NCBI RefSeq assembly: GCF_018398935.1
Contig: NZ_CP074694.1
Coordinates: forward strand, 4,560,001 to 4,592,000
Direction: 5' to 3'
Source: Telmatocola sphagniphila
Lineage (GTDB): Bacteria; Planctomycetota; Planctomycetia; Gemmatales; Gemmataceae
DNA: 32,000 nucleotides
A program made the translations under genes and the position numbers. Numbering within the stretch: position 1 is the stretch's first letter; the number at the start of each line of letters is the position of its first letter. A model generated the notes under the pieces. It was not told the DNA's origin, searched no databases, and saw nothing but the letters and a program-made list of their open reading frames with translations. Shown piece after piece: positions 26,001 through 32,000 of this stretch.

Positions 26001-29000
26001 CAAATGTTTCCGTCAAGTAAACTCGACCTTGATCGTCGTAAAACGTTTGAGTTTCGGCTCGAAGCAGGCTTGCCGAAGGCGTGTTGGGTACTCCGCCCGT
26101 GGAAGTTATGCTCACCCCATCCCCATCGAAATGCTGCACTTCGATGGCTTCATCCAAATTGTTATAAGTTGTATAGTAGATCGGGCGATGGACCGTCGTC
26201 GATTCCGAGGTTTGTACCCCTTCTTTTACGGCAACCGCTCGGTCCCGCCAATCATAATAAGTATCAGTTTCTCGGTTGGCTGTACCGCCACCGGGATATA
26301 GGATCATGGCTGTTTTGTTGCCATCCCCAACACCGCCATTGTCGTAAACGTAAGAGGCAGTTTCCACCATATTGGAGGGGCTGGTGTTGTTGGTCGGTGA
26401 CCAGTAGCCGCTGGCTGGAGTATCGTTGGTTCCGACCCAGGTGCTCACGACTCTTCCCAAACCATCATAAACCGTTCGAATGATCGTTCCGGTGGGATCA
26501 ACGGTCTTTTCCAGCCAACCACGGTGGCCATAGAAATACTGCGTGGCGTAATAATTGGTCCCGGAGGTGCCTAAATAAGTGCTGGTCGAATAGCTCGCGC
26601 CAGAGAGTGAGAAATATTGATCTTCTTCGACGACTTGGTTAGCATCGTTGGTGATGTCACGGGTCAACGATTGAACGTTGGAAATAGCTTCCGTTCCGGT
26701 CGGAACTCCTCCCGAAACCGCCGGAGTCGCCGACATCGTCAATGTTTCGGTGTAGCTATGCGAGCGATCCTCCCGTATGACTTGAGTCGGTTCGCTGGCT
26801 GTGTTTGTAGTCGAATTCCAGCCGATGTAAGTTCGGACTTCGTGATCCGGGTCGTCGTAGACCGTGTAGTCGATATCTCCGTTGGGATGGGTCACTTTTG
26901 TCGTGCGGCCGAGAGCATCAACTACGAAAGAAGTTATCAGATTCAACCCGCCACCGGTAGGCGTGCTCCAGCCCGAAGGAAGATTGACAAATTCCCCCGT
27001 GAGGGAAGTATTCACATCGGTGATTTGAGTAATGACCGCCCCGGTTAAAGTGTCGTATGCCGTGTAATTGATATAGCCATCGGCATCTTTGGTCCAAACG
27101 GGGCGTCCGATTGAATCGTAAACAGTGGTGGAGACATCGGCCGTGCCCGGCCCATTTTCCGCACTGGAGATAACAGGCAACGATATAGTTTCAGAGGCGA
27201 CTTGAGCAGTCGAACCCTGCCAGGTATACGAATAACTGGTAGTTTCTGCCCCAGTTCCATTGGTGTTTCGGTATTGGGTCGAGGTCGCTTCAAAAGCTGT
27301 ATCGTTCCCACTCACCACTTTGTCGTAATAGGTCATCGCTGACTGGGGAATTGTTGTCCCCGAGAGCCCTTGTTGAATCGAGGTACTCATCAAGTAACCG
27401 AGGATATTCCCAGCTGTTGTTCCCGAGGCCGTGGTCGATGTTGCGAAGTTATAATTCGTGATCAAGCCATTCGTCGAAGAAATGTAAGAAGAACTTCCTC
27501 CGGTGAAATTCACAAGATCGGCATAGCTCTCGCTATAGCCGGTGACAGCGGAGGGGTTGGCCGTCAGAATGGCTCTTCCAGAGCTGTCGTATCTCGTATA
27601 GGTGCACCATTTGAGACCCGAGGTCGTGTCTTGGTAGACACTCAACATCGGCTCGTCGTAGACGTTTGAGTAGGTAGTTTGCGTATTTCCATCCGAAAGT
27701 GTTTCGACCGTTTTCATGTGCCAGGAATTGTATCCGGCTGCATTTGAACTGGTGGAATAAGTGAATGTGTCCGTTCCAAAACCCGAAGAACAGGAGGTAC
27801 AACCACTGCCTTGAGTCACCGCTTCAGAAACCTGAAAGTTCGAGTTGTACTGATAATACTCGTCAGCGAATCCCGACAGAACAGTATTGCTAACGGTCGT
27901 GGGATTGCTATATGCTGCAGCCAGGCGAGCGTAAGAATCGGAATTCAAAACATATTCCAATCCTTGTTGGGGGCCATTCGGATCACTCGCCCCATAATAG
28001 CGGTAGTAACTGGTATCTAAGACGTTGCCAGAACCATCCTCAATTTGGGCAAGCTTCAAGTCATTCAAGTTTCCATAAGCTTCGGTCCCATTGTAATAGG
28101 TGTAAATTGCTTGTCTTACAGTCGTCCATGATCCCGAACCTACTTTCGTCCGTTCCACGACCGAAGACACTAATCCTGCGTTTGGATCACCAGAGCCGAG
28201 ATAGCTATAGAGGTAGGATTCGGTAATTGCACTAGACCCGCTACCTACGGTGCGTTGAATTTCGCCAATAGTTCCACTGGAAGTTTCCGATGTGACTTGC
28301 GTCGTTACTCCCGCAGGATCGGTCTCGCTTTGGAATTGACCTTGTTCCGCCGTAGGAGCACTCGATCCGAATCCTGTAAACCTGATTACATCATTGAATT
28401 CATCTACGAAGGTGTATAAGTTTGTCGAAGAGTTGTAGGTTAAATTGCTCCTCCCAAAATTTCGTTCCGTATAGCTACCGCCCGTTTGCAAATCAAAGGT
28501 CTGAAAATCGTTCCCATTGGTGACCACAACAATTGAGTTACCCCCTGCCGCTTGGAGTAGATAAGGGTTTTGAGATACTGTCCAGCCAATGCCAAAGTAA
28601 TCACCTGCAACCACTAGGACGTTATTGGTCCAGCTTCGAGTCAAGCCCCAATCGGAACCAAATCCATTCGAGGACAGATCGGTCGAATTCATCGAAATAA
28701 ACCCGGTGGCGACGTTATCTCCACCTCCCACGCTGGCACCCGAGGGAATGTCACTTGCTCCAGCAGATTCAGTGACGAGGGTATCGCTGCCACAGGATGT
28801 GGTCGTTACTTGGTCGGGCGTGCAATCGCCAATTGGTACAACTCGGGGAGCTGAAACGGTATTGGGTAGTGATACTGGCTGAATACAGATAGGTTTTGGT
28901 GGAGGAACTCCCGGAGTTAGTAAGGGTGTTGCGGCTACCGGTGGAAAAGTGGAAACAAGGGTAGGAACTGCCTGGTTCGTTTGAGGAACTCCATTGTAGA

Positions 29001-29961
29001 TCTGTTCTTCTGCAGCGCCATTGCGATACCCAGCTATCGTGATTGCCGGAACACTGCTTGTGAGCTGAGCAAACCCTACCGTTCCAGATGATCCTGCATC
29101 AAACCCTGATGCATTGAAATTTTCCAGCAAATTTCCTGTTTTTCCATCATATCCTTGGATGTGCAGCTCTGGTGCATTTTTGGGAGAAACCAGAATATCC
29201 GTCGTACCATCTTTGTTCAAATCGCCAGCCGCGACTTGAAGGCCACCCATGTAGCCGGGCGAATACGGTGATAGCGTCTGGATGACCGAGTTCGTTCCTA
29301 AATCAAAAACCTTGATGGAGGGTGCGGCTCCGGCACCACTACCTACAATCGCTTCTGCTTGCCCAAGTGGACTTATCCCAAGAGCAACACTCAGACCTCC
29401 CCGAAAGCTGGGCGAGAAAGCGTAGAAAGAGTCAACCAGAGTTCCATTTAAGGTGAAAGTCTCGACGTGAGGTCCAGCCCCGGCATCTGCTCCAACAATA
29501 ATGCCCATTCGACCTTCGCCGATATTCCCAGCGTCTACGGTGACTCCTCCCAGAAAGCCTGGAGCAAATGCATCGAAGCTACTCAATAAATTTCCGGTGG
29601 CCCCATCGAAAACTTTGATGATGGGTGCCATTCCGGGACCGGGTGCGGCAATGAGATCGGGCACACCATCGCCGTTTAGATCAGCAAGAGCTACCCTTAC
29701 TCCTCCCTTAAAACTCGAATCGTAGGCCATGTAAGAAGCTAATAAACTTCCCGTGGCACTGTCATATTCGCTGATCACAGGACTCTGACCGGGCTTTGCC
29801 CCAACGATATAAGGCAGACTCCCATGAATGATCACATTGCTAAGAAGATCCTTTTGCTCGAGTCGTTGCACGTCCAGACGAATTTTGTGCTGTCGTCGAA
29901 TAGGAAGAGTCTTTTGAACCCAAAAGAGTTTTCGAAACAACCAGATGTGGAATCGCTTCAT
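23077..29961 (-). CDS. FG-GAP/VCBS propeller + RHS/YD-repeat polymorphic toxin with an unassigned C-terminal domain
   Basis: The track ORF is 2314 aa from a TTG at 30021. The ATG at 29961 (MKRFHIWLF...) is the more plausible start.
- N-terminal FG-GAP-like repeats: ADLNGDGVPDLIAAPGPG, AGDLNKDGTTDILVSP.
- A long YD-repeat region: YDALGR, YDGLGRVV, YYDMLGRTTE, YSYDVLGRQT, YGYDADGNVLYE.
- The RHS core end RMYSPTLERWMQNDPIEFLSGDNNFYMFCNNNVIKSIDPFGL, with DPFGL at 23581..23595.
- A 167-aa tail at 23080..23580. Confidence 0.9.
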   Translation of the reverse strand: MKRFHIWLFRKLFWVQKTLPIRRQHKIRLDVQRLEQKDLLSNVIIHGSLPYIVGAKPGQSPVISEYDSATGSLLASYMAYDSSFKGGVRVALADLNGDGVPDLIAAPGPGMAPIIKVFDGATGNLLSSFDAFAPGFLGGVTVDAGNIGEGRMGIIVGADAGAGPHVETFTLNGTLVDSFYAFSPSFRGGLSVALGISPLGQAEAIVGSGAGAAPSIKVFDLGTNSVIQTLSPYSPGYMGGLQVAAGDLNKDGTTDILVSPKNAPELHIQGYDGKTGNLLENFNASGFDAGSSGTVGFAQLTSSVPAITIAGYRNGAAEEQIYNGVPQTNQAVPTLVSTFPPVAATPLLTPGVPPPKPICIQPVSLPNTVSAPRVVPIGDCTPDQVTTTSCGSDTLVTESAGASDIPSGASVGGGDNVATGFISMNSTDLSSNGFGSDWGLTRSWTNNVLVVAGDYFGIGWTVSQNPYLLQAAGGNSIVVVTNGNDFQTFDLQTGGSYTERNFGRSNLTYNSSTNLYTFVDEFNDVIRFTGFGSSAPTAEQGQFQSETDPAGVTTQVTSETSSGTIGEIQRTVGSGSSAITESYLYSYLGSGDPNAGLVSSVVERTKVGSGSWTTVRQAIYTYYNGTEAYGNLNDLKLAQIEDGSGNVLDTSYYRYYGASDPNGPQQGLEYVLNSDSYARLAAAYSNPTTVSNTVLSGFADEYYQYNSNFQVSEAVTQGSGCTSCSSGFGTDTFTYSTSSNAAGYNSWHMKTVETLSDGNTQTTYSNVYDEPMLSVYQDTTSGLKWCTYTRYDSSGRAILTANPSAVTGYSESYADLVNFTGGSSSYISSTNGLITNYNFATSTTASGTTAGNILGYLMSTSIQQGLSGTTIPQSAMTYYDKVVSGNDTAFEATSTQYRNTNGTGAETTSYSYTWQGSTAQVASETISLPVISSAENGPGTADVSTTVYDSIGRPVWTKDADGYINYTAYDTLTGAVITQITDVNTSLTGEFVNLPSGWSTPTGGGLNLITSFVVDALGRTTKVTHPNGDIDYTVYDDPDHEVRTYIGWNSTTNTASEPTQVIREDRSHSYTETLTMSATPAVSGGVPTGTEAISNVQSLTRDITNDANQVVEEDQYFSLSGASYSTSTYLGTSGTNYYATQYFYGHRGWLEKTVDPTGTIIRTVYDGLGRVVSTWVGTNDTPASGYWSPTNNTSPSNMVETASYVYDNGGVGDGNKTAMILYPGGGTANRETDTYYDWRDRAVAVKEGVQTSESTTVHRPIYYTTYNNLDEAIEVQHFDGDGVSITSTGGVPNTPSASLLRAETQTFYDDQGRVYLTETFDVDPSTGSVSTSSLNTNTYYDHRGDAIETSSPGGLVEKEVYDGAGRNTVDYTTDGGGGNSWAAASSVASDTVLDQKEYTHDANGNVILTVDRQRFDSATGTGALGSPTSGIGARVYYDASYYDMADRAIADVNVGTNGGTAYTRPSSVPSSSSTVLVTTTSYDAAGNVLDVVDPLGLDTRNYYDMLGRTTETIQDYTNGIPTNETNKTTEYTYNAVGMTSETAVAASGNNETTAWVYGVVGTGTPGSYLYSNDLVGITEYPGPTGAPSTTQEEITNYDALGEKISFQDRNGNEHTYSYDVLGRQTADAIVQLGTGVDGTIREHTIAYDTQGNPYLFTSYSTSSGGTIVNQVEDVYNGLDQLIGEYQSHSGAVVTGTTPEIQYSYSEMAGGANNSRLTSMTYADGYTINYNYSSGLNNTISRLSSLSDSSGTLESYTYLGLDTIVVRDLNQAGIELTYIKESGESNGSAGDQYTGLDSFGRVIDQRWVNSSGTAVDRIQYGYDADGNVLYENNLLNSAESEIFTYDALNQTSSYAQGTLNGTKTGISGTPSATQSWTYDSFGNMTNVTTNGTGQTRTANTQNEYTAVGSATPGYDSNGNTTTDENSNQYVYDAWNMLVAVKNSSGSTIASYVNDALGRQIQAIVSGTTTDRYFSAQWQLIEEYQGSTETDRYVWSPTYIDAMISRDTSTGSGTLNLRIYALQNADYDTTSLVNTFGSVLERYTYSPFGVVSYLNSSWGSLSGSAYGWKFLHQGGELEAGGLSSFRNRMYSPTLERWMQNDPIEFLSGDNNFYMFCNNNVIKSIDPFGLSDLTLAEARKLINLFLNNRTDLTLAELEAKVGKNNIEIMIEKYCNAIEKQPGVTDFNKWRILRLTDPNAPRLPGNGSFPDFAARERVVKIVMRFCRCAGALALIGGIIYIAYEGNENSQPTGVVPPGSVLIDTLPGAKWTVQIWLTPGGQKIRVRVDANGNQVVGIK

Positions 29962-30536
29962 GGGGAAAATCTCTGTATAGGCGCAGAAAATCTGCGTGCA
30001 TAAACAAGTGAAGGTGCCCAATCAGGACCGATGGGGACAAAACGGAATTAATTTGTTGTGCTCGCTCTTTTGGAACCCATTCTTCAAGGGTATAAAGAGG
30101 TAGCAGGTCAGCTCTCGCGATCAAGACCCGTTCAATAGCTCAGGGGGTCTATTAGAGATGGAAATGCAATAGTTTTGTAAGGATATATCAGTTAGTGATT
30201 CTAAATAATCCGACATGCAGTTCTCCAGGAAAATCTCGAAGATGATTAAGAGGGCATAGCAAGTGTGCCCTGGAGTTTGAGCTATCAATATTCATCAAAC
30301 TTGAAGAAAATACCCAGTCCGGAAAAAGAACCGAGTGGACGTTGTTATTTTGCCTGACGGATCAATTTTGATTTGAAAACGAACTCAATTCAGGCTGAAT
30401 CTGAAGGGATATTAATCGACGGAGAAATCAATTACAAGCGCCGTTTTCCAAAATTTCTGAAAATTTCTCCTGATGCAGTTTTAGTGTATTCTGAGACGCG
30501 AAAATTCAGATTTCGTCTGCTTCTTTTTGAGAATCT

Positions 30537-30574
30537 GGAGTATATCCCATAAAGGACGTTATGGGATATACTCC
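30537..30574. repeat. Perfect 16-bp palindrome arms with 6-nt spacer upstream of vapB
   Basis: GGAGTATATCCCATAA-aggacg-TTATGGGATATACTCC lies about 100 nt upstream of the vapB ATG. A TTGACA hexamer follows at 30617..30622. Confidence 0.6.
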
Positions 30575-30676
30575 AATCACAAATCACAATATAACAAATC
30601 AGCATATATTTATCGATTGACACTTGCCCACTAATTGTGCCAAGATGATTTTGTGTGCAATAAAACGCATTTTGGC

Positions 30677-30919
30677 ATGACCGATCTCCGCATCCGCAAC
30701 ATCGAACCTTGGGTCATCGAATCCATCCGTGCTTTGGCCAAAGCTCATGGCCGAACCATGGAGGCTGAACTGCGGGCGACTTTGGAAGAAGCCGTTTCCC
30801 GTTCAAAACAAGAACTCCTGAACGAGTTGCAGGGTTTGCAAAAAGATCTCACCGATAAGTACGCACTTTTATCCGACTCGACCGCTTTCATCCGTGAAGA
30901 ACGGGATCTGGAAGGATGA
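30677..30919 (+). CDS. vapB: Ribbon-helix-helix antitoxin (VapB/FitA-like)
   Basis: The ATG at 30677 gives MTDLRIRNIEPWVIESIRALAKAHGRTMEAELRATLEEAV, the FitA/Arc-type RHH pattern (xLxIRNLxxxxxxxLRxxAxxHGRSMExExRxIL). The track ORF starts at an upstream TTG. The stop overlaps the next ATG. Confidence 0.75.
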   Translation: MTDLRIRNIEPWVIESIRALAKAHGRTMEAELRATLEEAVSRSKQELLNELQGLQKDLTDKYALLSDSTAFIREERDLEG

Positions 30920-31365
30920 TCGTCGTTGACGCCAGTGTCGTGGTGAAGTGCTATCTTCCCGAGGTTGGCAGTGCGGAAGCCTTATCGGTCATTACCGGAC
31001 GCGAGAAACTCATCGCTCCGCAATTGCTCCGCTTGGAAGTGCATTCCGCGATCATCCGGCACTATCGAGAAAATGCCCTCTCTCGCGAGGAAGTCGAAAG
31101 GCACTCCTCGGCTTTTGAGCGGCATCTGATTACTCGAAAGCACGTCGAATTGTACCCGGACGACAATCAACTTTCGCTGGCTCGAAAGATCGCACTGGAT
31201 TTGCGACATCCGATTCAAGATTGTCTCTACCTGGCTTTGGCAGTCGAGCAAGGCGCTTCGTTGCTCACCGCTGATGACAAGTTCCACTCCAAGGCAGGCA
31301 AAACATTTGATCATGTGAAATTGCTTCGGAATATCCCAAGGGTATCGAACCATGGCACGGCTTGA
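30916..31365 (+). CDS. vapC: PIN-domain toxin (VapC family)
   Basis: 149-aa ORF with a 4-nt ATGA overlap with vapB. The N-terminal MIVVDASVVVK carries the first acidic PIN residue. LLTADDKF lies near the C-terminus. Confidence 0.85.
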   Translation: MIVVDASVVVKCYLPEVGSAEALSVITGREKLIAPQLLRLEVHSAIIRHYRENALSREEVERHSSAFERHLITRKHVELYPDDNQLSLARKIALDLRHPIQDCLYLALAVEQGASLLTADDKFHSKAGKTFDHVKLLRNIPRVSNHGTA

Positions 31366-31448
31366 ATCAAACATCATTTTATTCGATGAGTGATTTCTGC
31401 GTGCCCCAGGAAATACTCCCTTTTGAGTCTTCCCTTCCCTCAAAATTA

Positions 31449-32000
31449 CTGGGTGCTCAATTCCCTGCAACTTTTACCGCCGCTGGAGAGAGGGCCTCTC
31501 GACGACTCATCGAATTTCTCACAGCCGAGATCCAAAACCCCAATACTCGCCAGAGCTACGGTCGGGCAATTCTTCGCTTTGACCAGTGGTGCGTTTCCCG
31601 CGAGCTGAAACTTGAGCAATTGACCCCCTTCCATATCGCCGCCTATATCGAAGTGCTGGGCAAAGTTCTGGCGAAGCCCTCCGTCAAGCAGCACCTGGCG
31701 GCACTCCGTATGCTTTGCGATTATCTGGTGATTGGGCAAATAATCCCCTTCAATCCGGCTTCGGCGGTACGCGGCCCGAAATACGTGGTCAAAAAAGGGA
31801 AAACTCCGGTCCTCTCGGGTGAAGAAACCAAGCTCCTCTTCGAGAGTATCGAACAAGATAGTTTGATAGGACTCCGAGACCGGGCATTGATAGGCGTGAT
31901 GGCCTACAGCTTTTCCCGGATTTCGGCCGTTCTGGCGATGAACGTCGACGACTTTTACCAGCAAGGCACCAAATACTTTCTTCGGCTCCATGAAAAGGGC
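31449..32000 (+). CDS. Tyrosine recombinase / phage-type integrase, 3' end outside the window; start codon uncertain
   Basis: Not in the ORF track because it is open at the edge. My translation reads ...AAGERASRRLIEFLTAEIQNPNTRQSYGRAILRFDQWCVSRELKLEQLTPFHIAAYIEVLGKVLAKPSVKQHLAALRMLCDYLVIGQIIPFNPASAVRGPKYVVKKGKTPVLSGEETKLLFESIEQDSLIGLRDRALIGVMAYSFSRISAVLAMNVDDF...RLHEKG. This shows the SAM-like N-domain and the beginning of the catalytic domain. The frame opens after a TGA at about 31424 and contains no ATG, GTG or TTG before the conserved region. The coordinate 31449 is a CTG. Confidence 0.8.
   Translation, partial: MGAQFPATFTAAGERASRRLIEFLTAEIQNPNTRQSYGRAILRFDQWCVSRELKLEQLTPFHIAAYIEVLGKVLAKPSVKQHLAALRMLCDYLVIGQIIPFNPASAVRGPKYVVKKGKTPVLSGEETKLLFESIEQDSLIGLRDRALIGVMAYSFSRISAVLAMNVDDFYQQGTKYFLRLHEKG

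Noticed and set aside
24088-28882. Plus-strand ORFs up to 313 aa opposite the RHS gene (for example 24898..25545, 25542..26483, 25762..26301)
   Set aside because: They are antisense to a continuous 2300-aa YD-repeat ORF. The repetitive, codon-biased RHS sequence commonly leaves long open antisense frames. Their translations are Arg/Ser/Cys/His-rich with no motifs.
30432-30623. 63-aa minus-strand ORF between the RHS gene and vapB
   Set aside because: It runs through the perfect palindrome and the AT-rich promoter region. It has no RBS and an implausible Cys/Ile/Tyr-rich sequence.
30982-31991. Minus-strand ORFs of 162 aa and 181 aa opposite vapC and the integrase
   Set aside because: These are shadow ORFs. 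The plus-strand frames carry clear PIN and tyrosine-recombinase motifs, and the minus-strand translations do not.
1-32000. Search for CRISPR arrays, tRNA, tmRNA and rRNA genes
   Set aside because: I saw no regularly spaced 25-40-bp direct repeats other than the iterons, and no cloverleaf-type or rRNA-like conserved stretches. This absence is judged by eye only. tRNAscan/Infernal would be decisive.

Overview
The window reads as most of a low-copy plasmid, or an excised or integrated mobile element. It has a mosaic of accessory modules. A Planctomycetota/PVC-type host is a low-confidence guess, based only on protein styles.

Backbone:
- RepA (RPA-type) initiator, followed by an iteron origin with a perfect DnaA box.
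- A parA/small-partner partition operon with an unusual CATG-dense centromere-like array.
- A 1891-aa N6-methylase/SNF2-helicase fusion.
- A MOBF (TrwC/TraA-type) relaxase-helicase. No coupling protein or T4SS is visible in the window.

Accessory content:
1. Left end: a lower-GC defence islet. It has a divergent DUF262 gene plus a tight three-gene operon of amino-methyltransferase, DUF262 protein and HEPN-like (Rx4H) protein. I consider this the best candidate for an undescribed restriction-like system.
2. A graveyard of transposon fragments: an IS66 tnpC 3' fragment, a 5'-truncated AAA_22/ExeA-like ATPase with a zinc-finger gene, and an internally deleted IS630.
3. A roughly 2300-aa FG-GAP + RHS/YD polymorphic toxin. 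An AT-rich C-terminal domain with no motif I can recognise begins exactly after the DPFGL motif. Downstream lie 0.7 kb of ORF-free AT-rich DNA and an AT-rich 174-codon ORF (possible immunity gene).
4. A vapBC (RHH/PIN) toxin-antitoxin pair and a tyrosine recombinase that runs off the right edge.

No rRNA, tRNA or CRISPR array was recognised. All family assignments come from motif reading by eye; no database search was possible.
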